Assembly: GCA_031549605.1 (NCBI GenBank)
Contig: JAVBPM010000023.1
Span: 1-60,294, forward strand
Source of the DNA: Oscillospiraceae bacterium
GTDB lineage: Bacteria; Bacillota; Clostridia; Oscillospirales; UBA929
Length of the DNA: 60,294 bases
Direction of reading: 5' to 3'
Part shown: positions 18,401-27,371 of the stretch, one piece after another
Position numbering within the stretch: the first letter of the stretch is position 1
Layout: each line of letters begins with the position of its first letter
The notes under the pieces: model-generated
Told to the model about the DNA's origin: nothing
The model's database searches: none
Seen by the model: only the letters and a program-made list of their open reading frames with translations
Program-made: the position numbers and the translations under genes

Positions 18401-19102
18401 AGCGCCACCGCGCTGGAGCGCAAGGCCGACCGCACGCTGGTCAAGTTCGCCGTGCGCGACAGCGGCATCGGCATTGACGAGGATAAAATCGACGAAATCT
18501 TCCGCCCCTTTGAGCAGGGCGACGGCAGCATTACGCGCCGGTTTGGGGGCACGGGTCTGGGGCTGGCCATATCCGACACCATCGTGCGCCTGTTCGGCGG
18601 CAAGATTGCCGTCGACAGCGAGGTCGGCGCCGGCAGCCTGTTCAGCTTCAGCATCTGGCTCAAGCACGACAACGACAGCCAGCCCGACGAGGAGACGGCC
18701 GTCGACATCACCGGCCGCTTTGTCGGCAAGCACATCCTGCTGGTCGACGACGTCGACATCAACCGCATGATTGTTACCTCCATGCTCGAGGAATCGGGCG
18801 CAACCATTGAGGAGGCCGACGACGGCAAAGCCGCTGTCGAGGCCTTTACCGCCTCGCCGGTCGGCCACTATGACTTGATTTTAATGGATGTGCTGATGCC
18901 CCACATGGATGGCCACGAGGCGTCGCGCGTCATCCGCGACCTCGACCGACCCGACGCTGAGACCGTGCCCATCGTCGCGCTGACGGCCAACGCCTTCAAG
19001 GAAGACATCGACAAGGCGATTGAAAACGGCATGAACGGCCACATCGCCAAGCCGGTCGTGATGGAAAAGCTGGCCGGCACGCTGGCGAGGTTTATCAAGT
19101 GA
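15413..19102 (+). CDS. Hybrid sensor histidine kinase (large extracytoplasmic domain, HAMP, 2 PAS, HisKA, HATPase, REC)
   Basis: FLARMSHEIRTPMNAI, QVLINLLGNAVKFT, DSGIGI, GGTGLGL, LILMDVLMP, IAKP. Confidence 0.93.
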   Translation: MANKSNAQRRRKRKKHGLRAKLVSIFLAVKVIPLILLAFIAWRQFVLLGDAVRAISVNDSKAALNAGAIENIERMTTDGAKIVADFLYARDDDLLMLAGLEPTEQNYKTFIQSHTGTLIQPGEWLLNDDETAWVAAPSHTATAYVGNSTNAENNINDGFHYRQPDVYQTKKVALYDEITFVDLNGVEQIKIVADNSTKQNYPMTAQKRDVSKRENTYVKAETYFDEVKNLKPGQIYVSDVIGAYVGSNYIGMYAPAALNAAEQKLGYDIDYQPEKQAYSGRENPVGQRFEGIVRWATPVTDAGGAVIGYVTFALNHDHIIELVDHLTPMAERYTAVSSAFEGNYAFIWDYKCRNIVHPRHHSIVGYDPQTGEPAVPWLESSIYEGWQASGTAKWTDYIAQASVPTFDNQSRQNKPAGALTKAGQVGLDGRYLNQAPQCTGWMDLTKDGGSGSFYILWSGINKLTTAAAIPYYTGHYAPSADNEFSRRGFGFVTIGAGLEDFTKPATETADRIDVALAEHQTDTFLQLLLTTFIIIVLVVIIAIWMASLLTNNITGMVKGITRFRSGERQFRFKSSATDEFGELADSFDEMAESVANSVSNPLVITDMDCNIVYANEPCLHMIGKTIDEVVGQPYEKFCVYDTGSGNDPIWALKAGREADITHIEATDTYVRGEANYQFDTDGEKVGYIIVTSDITEMVREKNLIQRQNLLLDQIFSSSPDLIWYQDVQGRYLAVNPRFAAVPGLPVEHYIGKTIEEVLPPHLVEQAKRYDRQTISERRPVYAEETVTFADGHVESLDTVRTPVFDADGTLVGLLGFARNVTARVDIEKELRDTQIRLEKAVYDANKANEHKGEFLARMSHEIRTPMNAIIGISNIVLRRLQDSDDEQSVEVRGHVQQIATSSQHLLGLLNDILDISKIEAGKIELCEERFDLGKLLLAVSGIITPRCDEKNINFTTQFDSFDPTSFLSDPLRLRQVLINLLGNAVKFTPETGSITFSATALERKADRTLVKFAVRDSGIGIDEDKIDEIFRPFEQGDGSITRRFGGTGLGLAISDTIVRLFGGKIAVDSEVGAGSLFSFSIWLKHDNDSQPDEETAVDITGRFVGKHILLVDDVDINRMIVTSMLEESGATIEEADDGKAAVEAFTASPVGHYDLILMDVLMPHMDGHEASRVIRDLDRPDAETVPIVALTANAFKEDIDKAIENGMNGHIAKPVVMEKLAGTLARFIK

Positions 19103-19566
19103 GGCTGAAGCCGGTTGTATGCTGGGCGCTGCTGGCGCTGCTACTGCTCTGCGGCTGCGGTATGCTCGAAGAATTGCAGGCGACCCAGGCGCCCGCGACG
19201 CTGTCGGGTGCTGTCGCGGTTGAGGCCGACGGCACCTACACCGACCGCGACCACGTCGCGCTCTATATCCACACCTACCACAAGCTGCCGTCCAACTACC
19301 TCACCAAAAAAGAGGCCGAGCAGCGCGGCTGGAACAGCAGCCACAGCACCATGGCCGAGGCGCTGCCCGGCTACAGCATCGGCGGCGACCACTTTGGCAA
19401 CCACGAGCAGCTGCTGCCGACCATCAAGGGACGCCGCTACTTCGAGTGCGACATCGACTACAAGAGCGGCCACCGCAACGCCAAGCGCATCATCTACTCC
19501 GACGACGGCCTGATTTATTACACCGACGACCACTATAAAACCTTTACCGAGATTACCTTTGACTGA
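19099..19566 (+). CDS. Lipoprotein ribonuclease, barnase (N1/T1) family
   Basis: Lipobox LCGC; YHKLPSNYLTKKEA, SIGGDHFGN, YFECDIDY, RNAKRIIYSDDGLIYYTDDHYKTF. Confidence 0.9.
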   Translation: MRLKPVVCWALLALLLLCGCGMLEELQATQAPATLSGAVAVEADGTYTDRDHVALYIHTYHKLPSNYLTKKEAEQRGWNSSHSTMAEALPGYSIGGDHFGNHEQLLPTIKGRRYFECDIDYKSGHRNAKRIIYSDDGLIYYTDDHYKTFTEITFD

Positions 19567-19576
19567 GGTGAGCGTC

Positions 19577-19846
19577 TTGAAACACCTGACATTGCAGCCC
19601 AAGGGGCTGACCACGCCGGCGCAGCTGCACGGCGAAATCAAGGCGCTTTTTGCCTTTCCCGACAGCTACGGTGCCAACCTCGACGCGCTGTACGACCTGC
19701 TTTGTCAGCCGTGCGACGCCGTCTGCCTGACGTTGCCGCGCGCACTGCCGCGCCGGCGCAAGCTGAGTCGCTACTACGACCGCGTAGTCGACATATTGCA
19801 AGCCGCCGCCGAGCAAAACCCGTCGCTTCAGCTGTCTTGGCGGTAG
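19577..19846 (+). CDS. Barstar family ribonuclease inhibitor
   Basis: FAFPDSYGANLDALYDLL; GAGGTG RBS then TTG. Confidence 0.85.
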   Translation: MKHLTLQPKGLTTPAQLHGEIKALFAFPDSYGANLDALYDLLCQPCDAVCLTLPRALPRRRKLSRYYDRVVDILQAAAEQNPSLQLSWR

Positions 19847-19874
19847 CTGACGACCATCGACAGGAGGAAAGGGT

Positions 19875-20900
19875 ATGTATTGTACACAGTGCGGAGCGCA
19901 GGTTCCCGAGACAGCCGCCTTTTGCCGCCAGTGCGGCGCGCCCTCACCGGGCTCAGTGCCGGCCGCGCCGGTGCCGCCGGCCATGCCAATGATGCCGCCA
20001 CCGCCGCCGCCAAAGTCAAAGCTGCCGCTTTGGATTGCGCTGGGCGTGCTGATTGTGGCCGCCGGCATAGCCGCCGTGTTGCTGCTGACCGGTGACAAGT
20101 CAGACGGCAAAGCAACGCCGACCCCACGCGCCACGCCGACCCAAACCGCCGACCCGACGCCGACGCAAGCGCCGGATGGCTTTGAGGCCGAGTCGTTCAC
20201 CGCCTATGGCAACAGCTATTCGATTACCGGCTACGCGTTCTCACACGGCGATAACGGAAAGACGATCATTACGATGACCGGCACCGACTACAGCATCATG
20301 CCCTTCCGCGACGGCAGCCTGCACGTTCCGGTCTGGGCCGAGTTCACCGCGGGCGGCGAGACCTTCCGCGCCGTCGCGGCCACCACCAGCGCCACCAGCG
20401 TGATTTACGAGTTTGAGGCAACCGCCACGCCCGAGACCATCATCTTCATCAACAGCGAGACCGAAGAGGTGATTTCCACCGTGTACATTGGCGTGGACGC
20501 GGGTACCGCCACCGAACCGCCGGCTACCGAAGCACCGGCCACCGAACCGCCTGCTACTGAACCGCCCGCCGCCACCGACCAAATTGCCCCCGACCTGTAC
20601 AAACCGTTTGTCGGCGAGTGGCTGGGCAGGGCCGACGACATCGTGCTGACCTTCAACGTCAAAGACGACGGCACCGGCGTCTATCATTTCCAGCAGGGCG
20701 GCTATGAAGAAGGCTATCCCTTTGCGCTCAAGGCCGACACCAAGACCTTCAGCGTCACCATCCCCGCCGACAACCGGCTGGGCATCAAAACCATCACGGG
20801 CAGCTACGAGCTGGCCGACGACACGCTGACGCTGCGCGTCAAAACCACCTTCGCCGACGGCCGGACGTTCAGCTACACCGTGCCCTGTCACAAGATTTAG
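19875..20900 (+). CDS. Zinc-ribbon membrane protein with Pro/Thr-rich linkers
   Basis: MYCTQCG...FCRQCG, poly-Pro, single TM, ATE(P/A)P repeats. Confidence 0.8.
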   Translation: MYCTQCGAQVPETAAFCRQCGAPSPGSVPAAPVPPAMPMMPPPPPPKSKLPLWIALGVLIVAAGIAAVLLLTGDKSDGKATPTPRATPTQTADPTPTQAPDGFEAESFTAYGNSYSITGYAFSHGDNGKTIITMTGTDYSIMPFRDGSLHVPVWAEFTAGGETFRAVAATTSATSVIYEFEATATPETIIFINSETEEVISTVYIGVDAGTATEPPATEAPATEPPATEPPAATDQIAPDLYKPFVGEWLGRADDIVLTFNVKDDGTGVYHFQQGGYEEGYPFALKADTKTFSVTIPADNRLGIKTITGSYELADDTLTLRVKTTFADGRTFSYTVPCHKI

Positions 20901-20911
20901 ACAAAAACAAA

Positions 20912-20943
20912 CAAGCGGCAAGGGAGTTTTCCCTTGCCGCTTG
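20912..20943. terminator. Bidirectional hairpin, AAGCGGCAAGGG family
   Basis: CAAGCGGCAAGGGA-GTTT-TCCCTTGCCGCTTG between convergent genes. Confidence 0.75.
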
Positions 20944-20962
20944 GCGCTATAGTAATTGATTT

Positions 20963-21298
20963 TTAGAGCAGTGTCATGATTTTGTTGAAGTTGAGCTCTT
21001 TGGTTTTCTTGGAAATGGAGAACCAGTCGATGATGGTCAAAATGCCGCAGACACCACCGGTCAACAGCTTGAGCACACCCATGCCCGTGTCGCCCAGCAT
21101 GAAGCGGTCAACGCCAAAGGAGCCGAGGAAAATGGAAATCAGCAGCAGTGTGGTGGGGTCCTTCAGCTCGATGGTGGAAATCAGACCCATGCGCGACTCG
21201 TCCATCGCCAGCAGTTTCTCTCTCAGGTACAGCGTCTTTTCGGCCGGGAAATACTTGGCGTTTGCGAGCATAAACATGTCTACTTTTTGGACATCCAT
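20963..21298 (-). CDS. TM2 domain protein
   Basis: [49 protein letters not shown]. Confidence 0.88.
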   Translation of the reverse strand: MDVQKVDMFMLANAKYFPAEKTLYLREKLLAMDESRMGLISTIELKDPTTLLLISIFLGSFGVDRFMLGDTGMGVLKLLTGGVCGILTIIDWFSISKKTKELNFNKIMTLL

Positions 21299-21391
21299 TT
21301 TACTACACCCTTTGTTTCATAAATTGTGCGTTGAATAAATATGCAAAGCGATAATATAGCAACATACGACGAAAGTCAAGCGCGTTTTGCA

Positions 21392-21754
21392 CTAATAAAC
21401 GATATTGCCCGAAAGGACGCGAATGATGTAGACGACAAAAATCAGCAGCGCGGCGGCGATTAGAATGGCGTCGCTTGTTTTCTTTTTCATAGTGAATAGC
21501 GGGCGGTGAAAGGCAAACAGCAGCGTCAAAATCATGGGAATGGTCATCGGATTGTAGTGCAGCGAGGCGCTGAAGTCCAATTGAAGCAGCGCGACAAACG
21601 ACCGCGTCATGCCGCAGGTCGGCGATGGAACATGAAAAATCGCCTTGAAAGGGCAGGGGACGTCAACCGTCGAAGCGATTAGTAAATAAATCAATGCGAC
21701 AAGCGCCAGCAAGGCGTCCTGCCGCAGTATTTGTTTGGCGCTCTTGCCGGCCAT
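21392..21754 (-). CDS. DUF2752-like membrane protein
   Basis: CPFKAIFHVPSPTCGMTRSFVALLQLDFSASLHYNP. Confidence 0.8.
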   Translation of the reverse strand: MAGKSAKQILRQDALLALVALIYLLIASTVDVPCPFKAIFHVPSPTCGMTRSFVALLQLDFSASLHYNPMTIPMILTLLFAFHRPLFTMKKKTSDAILIAAALLIFVVYIIRVLSGNIVY

Positions 21755-21933
21755 GGGCACACCCGCCTTATCGTAAAGAATGGTTGCCGCTAGCCTAGCA
21801 GCGCGATGGCCTAATTGTACAACAGGTTGACCCAAATTGATAGTGCAAACTGTAATTTGAGAGCAGTGCAGCGCCGCACGTGTAAGTGCCGTGCGACGCA
21901 GCGGGCAAAACAAAAGACAGGCATGGCCTGTCT

Positions 21934-22184
21934 CAGCGTGTTAAAAAACTTGTTTTTTGGCACGCTGCCAGACTGACAAAGAGGTGCGCAGGCAAAGAAA
22001 CGCTGTCCGTCGGCGTACGATGGTACGCTAGGACAGCGTTTCTGCAGCAAGTATAACCAATTGTGGCGCAGCGACCTTGTCGATGCGCCACAAACCATTA
22101 GAGGCAAATCAAAACGTAGCCCTGCGTCGTCATTTCTCTTTTTTCTGACACTGGTTTTACGGTGCGCGCTTTTTTGACAGTCTG
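21934..22184. mobile_element. 251-bp MITE-like element, family A copy 3
   Basis: CAG...CTG ends; perfect 19-bp flanking direct repeat AGACAGGCATGGCCTGTCT at 21915-21933 and 22185-22203. Confidence 0.9.
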
Positions 22185-22204
22185 AGACAGGCATGGCCTG
22201 TCTT

Positions 22205-22378
22205 TTACGCGTCTGGTTGCGGCATATGATCGACGGCGTAGTCGATGCACTGATTGATAAAGGCGCTGCGGCTCAGGTTGTGTTGCTCAGCCAGCTTGTC
22301 GATTTGAGCCAGCTTTGATGTTTCAATGCGAACCGTAATCGGCTCACTTTTGAAAGGCTTCGGCATAAAATTAGTCAA
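22205..22378 (-). CDS. Small ribbon-helix-helix (CopG-like) DNA-binding protein, 57 aa (absent from ORF track)
   Basis: TTG start 7 nt after GAGGTG; MTNFMPKPFKSEPITVRIETSKLAQIDKLAEQHNLSRSAFINQCIDYAVDHMPQPDA. Confidence 0.8.
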   Translation of the reverse strand: MTNFMPKPFKSEPITVRIETSKLAQIDKLAEQHNLSRSAFINQCIDYAVDHMPQPDA

Positions 22379-22472
22379 GCATCATCACCTCTTGACACAT
22401 TGTAAGCGATATTATAAACTGTGAATAGGTTCGAAAAACGAATACAAAATAGATGCGCGCGAGGTGAGAGAC

Positions 22473-22721
22473 ATGCAGGACTACGAACCAGTAGAGCGAG
22501 CGCTGGTCATACGGGCGCTGGGAGAAGCGTCGCTTAGTATGGTGGAAAAACTGCAAATGACAAATGTAGTGGGCATGGTGGGGCAGCGCGCTGTCATGAT
22601 TTTGCAGCTTGTTCAGCAGATCGTGGCCAGCGACAAGGACGACTTTGAGATTGTCGAGGATTTGGTGTGCCTGTTCGAGACCTACGGGCTGGACGCCGAC
22701 GCGACGCATGATTTTGGGTAG
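22473..22721 (+). CDS. Small acidic hypothetical protein
   Basis: GAGGTG RBS; DDFEIVEDLVCLFETYGLDADATHDFG; divergent from the RHH gene. Confidence 0.65.
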   Translation: MQDYEPVERALVIRALGEASLSMVEKLQMTNVVGMVGQRAVMILQLVQQIVASDKDDFEIVEDLVCLFETYGLDADATHDFG

Positions 22722-22865
22722 AAACATAGAAGTGCACGATGTCGACACGTAATCTGTTAAGCCAAGCGAAACCAGCCCCTACAAAAAATGGTTGCCTGTT
22801 GCCGGACGGTGCTGTATCCTAGTGGTAAGAGTACCCAGTGGGACTTGTCTTGGGAGGTGCAATTG

Positions 22866-23828
22866 ATGAAACGCAGTGTGTTAGCCATTTCTGTTGTTGT
22901 CGCGCTACTGCTGGCCGGTTGCGGTGGCACGGGCCAGCCCAGTGTCACGAAAAATTCTGTCAAAACGGCGGCCATCACGCGCTTTGTGTCGCTCGGTGGC
23001 GCGGGCGAGGATATGGCGTGTGTCGATGTGGAGGCGCTACCTGACCTTGTGGAGGCGGGTGCGCTGCCCGAGACGTTGCCGGTTGTCGTCGACCACTATC
23101 CGACAGAGCAGACAGGCCCGACCTACGACGTGACCGATCAGCTGATTGCTCAAAACACGCAGCAGGCGCAGCGGTTTTTAACGCTGCTGTACGGCGACAG
23201 TCAAGACTACGAGGTCAAGCCGCCGGAGGTGGCGCCCGGTGACCTGCGCGCCGAGTATGTCAGCTACGACGCGGCTGACTTTACGCTCAACGCCTTTCCC
23301 GATGCGCTGACAATCCTGACCGGTCAGTTTGACGTGGCCGCCGCAGCCAAGGCCGGCAGGCTCTTAGACAATACGCTGGTCAAGGCAGCCATCGCCTATC
23401 TAAACCTGCAGAATCCGCAGACGACGGAGATGGTAAGCTACATGTCGGACGGCAGCCCGCATGAAACCCGGTATACCATCACAGACGCGGCAAGCGATGC
23501 CAAGCAGAGCCTGTTGAACAGCAGCTTTCACAGCATTGAGCTGATTGTTGCGCCCGACGATGGACAGATTTTGATGACCGTGGTGCAGTGTGACAGCACC
23601 GACACGGTCGGTGAGGCGGCCGTAGTCGACTATGATGACGCCGTCGCCTATGCCGCGCAGCAGAGCGGCGTTGATGAGCAGGCCATTTGCGCCGAGGTGG
23701 TGTACCGCGACGACGTTGAGCCGGGCTATTGGATTCCCTGCTACAAGTTCTATGCGGTCGAGGAAACTGTGGCCGGAAACGTCGACCTGTGCGAGGTTGT
23801 CTATGTGCCCATGCTCACGGTCAATTAA
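22866..23828 (+). CDS. Hypothetical lipoprotein
   Basis: MKRSVLAISVVVALLLAGC lipobox; GGAGG RBS. Confidence 0.8.
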   Translation: MKRSVLAISVVVALLLAGCGGTGQPSVTKNSVKTAAITRFVSLGGAGEDMACVDVEALPDLVEAGALPETLPVVVDHYPTEQTGPTYDVTDQLIAQNTQQAQRFLTLLYGDSQDYEVKPPEVAPGDLRAEYVSYDAADFTLNAFPDALTILTGQFDVAAAAKAGRLLDNTLVKAAIAYLNLQNPQTTEMVSYMSDGSPHETRYTITDAASDAKQSLLNSSFHSIELIVAPDDGQILMTVVQCDSTDTVGEAAVVDYDDAVAYAAQQSGVDEQAICAEVVYRDDVEPGYWIPCYKFYAVEETVAGNVDLCEVVYVPMLTVN

Positions 23829-23845
23829 AAAGAACGAGCAACACA

Positions 23846-23879
23846 ACAGCACCCGCCGATACGCGTCGGCGGGTGCTGT
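23846..23879. terminator. Bidirectional hairpin
   Basis: ACAGCACCCGCCGAT-ACGC-GTCGGCGGGTGCTGT between convergent genes. Confidence 0.7.
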
Positions 23880-23892
23880 ATGTTCATTGCCG

Positions 23893-24360
23893 CTAGACCA
23901 GCAGCGCGATGGCCATGGCGCTCATGCCCTCGCCGCTGCCCGTGTAGCCCATGCGCTCCTCGGTGGTCGCTTTGACACTGACCTGCGCGACGTCGACGCC
24001 CAGCGCGTCGGCTACGTTGTCGCGCATCTGCGCGATGTATGGCGCCAGCTTGGGCGCTTGCGCCACAATCGTGGCGTCGACATTGCCGATGGTGTATCCG
24101 GCGTCGGTCAGCATGCCGACAATCAGCCGCAGCAGCGACAGGCTGTCGGCGCCCTTGTACGCCGGATCGCTGTCGGGAAAATGCGCGCCCAAATCGCCCA
24201 GCGCCGCCGCGCCCAGCAGCGCGTCGGACACCGCGTGCGCCAGCACGTCGGCGTCGGAGTGCCCCAGCAGCCCCTTGTCGTGCGGCACGTCTACGCCGCC
24301 GAGTATCAGTGGTCGACCCTCGACCAGCCTATGGGCGTCAAACCCTTGCCCTATCCTCAT
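23893..24360 (-). CDS. ispF: 2-C-methyl-D-erythritol 2,4-cyclodiphosphate synthase
   Basis: [31 protein letters not shown]. Confidence 0.96.
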   Translation of the reverse strand: MRIGQGFDAHRLVEGRPLILGGVDVPHDKGLLGHSDADVLAHAVSDALLGAAALGDLGAHFPDSDPAYKGADSLSLLRLIVGMLTDAGYTIGNVDATIVAQAPKLAPYIAQMRDNVADALGVDVAQVSVKATTEERMGYTGSGEGMSAMAIALLV

Positions 24361-25084
24361 GGTTGGCCTCCAGCAGTCCCGCCGCCATGACCAAATCATG
24401 CGGCGTGGTAATTTTAATGTTGTCGTACGAGCCCTCGACAATCTGCACCGGCACGCCCAGCCGCTCGACAGCGCCGGCGTCGTCGGTCAGGTCGATGTTG
24501 GCAGCCTGCGCCTTGCTCAGCGCGCCGGACAGCAGCAGCCGGTCAAACACCTGCGGCGTCTGCACCGCCCAGAAGCGGCAGCGGTCGGGCGTGTGCTTGA
24601 CGATGCCGTCGGCCACCTCTTTAATGGTGTCCTTGAGCGGCACGGCCAGTATCGCCGCGCCGAAGGTGGCGGCCGTCTCGACCACGCGGTCGATGTCGGC
24701 GCTGCTTGCCAGCGGTCGCGCGCCGTCGTGAACGGCCACCAGCTGCGCCTTTGCGGGCACCTCGCCCAGCGCCGTCAGCACCGACTGCTGCCGCGTGTCG
24801 CCGCCGCGAATGACCTTGGTCGCTTTGGCAATGCCAAAGTGTTTACAGATGTCGTAGATACCGGCAATCTCCTCGCCCTTGGCGGCGATGATGATTTCGT
24901 CAACGGCTGTGCTGTGCTGCAGCGCCGTCAGCGTGTGCGCCAGCACCGGCGCGCCGCACAGGTCGGCAAAGGGCTTGGAGCCACCGCCCATACGGCTGGA
25001 CAGCCCCGCCGCCGGAACAATGGCGGCGCAGTACGGCCGCTTGCCCGGCTTTGGCTCCTTTTTTTTGCGTCTGAACAGTCCCAT
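24338..25084 (-). CDS. ispD: 2-C-methyl-D-erythritol 4-phosphate cytidylyltransferase
   Basis: [42 protein letters not shown]. Confidence 0.96.
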   Translation of the reverse strand: MGLFRRKKKEPKPGKRPYCAAIVPAAGLSSRMGGGSKPFADLCGAPVLAHTLTALQHSTAVDEIIIAAKGEEIAGIYDICKHFGIAKATKVIRGGDTRQQSVLTALGEVPAKAQLVAVHDGARPLASSADIDRVVETAATFGAAILAVPLKDTIKEVADGIVKHTPDRCRFWAVQTPQVFDRLLLSGALSKAQAANIDLTDDAGAVERLGVPVQIVEGSYDNIKITTPHDLVMAAGLLEANHEDRARV

Positions 25085-25220
25085 GGCATTACCCCCAGTT
25101 GATGTCTATGCCTATTGTACGGCTTTCAGACGCGCTTGTCCAGTGCGGGCTGCCTATTTGCGTAATGGGTGGCGGTCTGGTATACTGCCATCAGCTCATG
25201 ACAACAGGGGAGGAACTGAC

Positions 25221-27275
25221 ATGACACGCTTCACCGCTTTGACACTGTCCGCCGTCCTGCTGCTGGCGCTATGCGCCTGTGGCGGAACGCCGGCGCCCAG
25301 CACCACGCCCACCACAACCGCGACCGCTTTGCCCACTGCCACAGCGCCCGTTGCGTCGGAGGAGTCGACCATCGCGCAGGCCTACTACGGCGTGGTGACC
25401 GACCTGCTGACCCAGTACGGCGAGCCGCAGCTGACCGACGTTGACGAAAACGACAACGCCGCGCTGTTCGGGCTGTGCTATGTGCGGGTGCGCGACTTTG
25501 ACTATGACGGCACACCCGAGCTGCACGTCTGCTACGCCGAAAAAGCGGCGCTTGGCGAGTACCGGCAGGCCGTCTACACTTTCCGCGACGGGCAGCTTGT
25601 CGCCGCGCTGCCCGACGAGCCGATGGTCTACTACGCCGAATTTCCCGTGCTAAGCCTGATGGTCAAGCCGGGCGAGCAGGTCTATCTTGACGAAAGCTAT
25701 GAGTCGCTGTACATATTCAGAGCCATTCGCGACGGCAAAACAACCACGGCGCTGGACGCCGAGTTTAGTGGCGCAGAATACGAGGGCAAGATAGACGGCA
25801 AGACGGTCACCGGCGCCGAGGCCGAAAGCGTGATTGACACGTTTATCGAGAATAGCGAGGACATTCGCGTTTGGTTTCAAGACGAGCAGAAGCTCCAGCA
25901 GTCGGTGATCGACGAGACCAAGGCGGTGATAGCGCTGCTGAAAAACGGCAGCCTCAAGGCACGACTGCCCGCCGCCGAGCCAATTGCCAACCCGACAACC
26001 GAGCAAGCCGCCGCACTGGCGTACTACGGCGTGCTTTGTGACTTGTTTGACGAGTACGGCGCGGCGCGAATTACCTACAGCGGTCACTACCGAAGCGGCT
26101 TTACCGCTTTGTCAGGCATCGGCTACGTGCGGCTGCTTGACTTTGAATACGACGGCATGCCCGAGCTGTACATCGGGTTTGGCGACGACGTCAACCCCTT
26201 CCACCGCCAGCAGGTCATCTACAGCTACATTGACGGCGCGCTGGTGCAGTCGCTGCCCGCTTGCGACGTCGGCATTGTCGGCGCCGAGGACATTCCCTAT
26301 TCGGAATTTGTCTTTAAGCCTAGCACGCGCGGCTACTTTGTCGACGGCGCGTCCGATGAGCAGATATTCCATACCATCAAGAACGGCAAGGTCGTTACCG
26401 AGAAAAGCATCTACATTGACACTGTCGGCAGCCAGCCGCCCACCATTGACGGCCAGTCGGTGACCGAGGCCGACGCCAACGCGGCGCTGGCAGCCTACAC
26501 CGATGGCGCCGAGGTAACGCACATCTTCTACATGGGCGATGAAAGCACCATGCAGCCACTGATTGACCAAACCAACGCCGTTATCGCGGCGCTGCAAAGC
26601 GGCAGCCTGAAAGCACCGCCCGCACCCAAGCCCGCGCCCACGCCGACACCCGCCACAACAGAGCAGGCCGTGGCCGCCGCCTACTACAACGTGGTGGCCG
26701 ACCTGATTGCCCGGCACGGCGAGGGCAATATGGTGCTGGCGGAGGACAGCCAAAGCGGCTTTGGCCATTTTTCGGGCGTAAGCTACGTTCGGCTGCTTGA
26801 CTTTGAATACGACGGCATGCCCGAGCTGTTCGTCGTTTTCAACGATGCTGAAAACGGGTTTTTGCAAGACAAGGTCATCTATAGCTACATAGACGGCGAG
26901 CTGGTGCAGTCGATGCCCGTCAGCGACGTGCACACAGTCGGCGATGGGTTTCCACGCGCGACGTTAATCTTCAAGGCGGGTCAGCGCGGCTATTTTGTCG
27001 ACGGACACGACGGTGACAGCATCTTCTGCACGCTGAAAAACGGCAAGGTGGTCACCGAAAAGACGGTCTATTGCGATGACATACGCGGCGAGGCCTTTTC
27101 CATTGACGGCCAGTCGGTGACCGAGGCCGAGGCCAACGCTGCCATCTCGGCCTACACCAAGGGCGCCGAGGTGGTGGACATCCACTTTCTGGGCACCGGC
27201 GACGAAGCGATGCAGGCCACGCTGCGGCAGACCAACGATGTCATCGCGCTGCTTAAGAGCGGCAAGCTGAAATAG
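25221..27275 (+). CDS. Lipoprotein with three tandem ~200-aa repeats
   Basis: Lipobox LCAC; three copies of AYY.VV.DL...YVR..DF.YDG.PEL...IDG..VT.A.A...QTN.VIA.L..G.LK. Confidence 0.85.
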   Translation: MTRFTALTLSAVLLLALCACGGTPAPSTTPTTTATALPTATAPVASEESTIAQAYYGVVTDLLTQYGEPQLTDVDENDNAALFGLCYVRVRDFDYDGTPELHVCYAEKAALGEYRQAVYTFRDGQLVAALPDEPMVYYAEFPVLSLMVKPGEQVYLDESYESLYIFRAIRDGKTTTALDAEFSGAEYEGKIDGKTVTGAEAESVIDTFIENSEDIRVWFQDEQKLQQSVIDETKAVIALLKNGSLKARLPAAEPIANPTTEQAAALAYYGVLCDLFDEYGAARITYSGHYRSGFTALSGIGYVRLLDFEYDGMPELYIGFGDDVNPFHRQQVIYSYIDGALVQSLPACDVGIVGAEDIPYSEFVFKPSTRGYFVDGASDEQIFHTIKNGKVVTEKSIYIDTVGSQPPTIDGQSVTEADANAALAAYTDGAEVTHIFYMGDESTMQPLIDQTNAVIAALQSGSLKAPPAPKPAPTPTPATTEQAVAAAYYNVVADLIARHGEGNMVLAEDSQSGFGHFSGVSYVRLLDFEYDGMPELFVVFNDAENGFLQDKVIYSYIDGELVQSMPVSDVHTVGDGFPRATLIFKAGQRGYFVDGHDGDSIFCTLKNGKVVTEKTVYCDDIRGEAFSIDGQSVTEAEANAAISAYTKGAEVVDIHFLGTGDEAMQATLRQTNDVIALLKSGKLK

Positions 27276-27371
27276 ATTACATTCCCGTTAACACTTACCC
27301 CAAGCGATTGACAGTCGCTCGCGCATTTGCTACGCTAGCCGGTAGAGTTAACTTTGAAAGGGGCGCATCTC

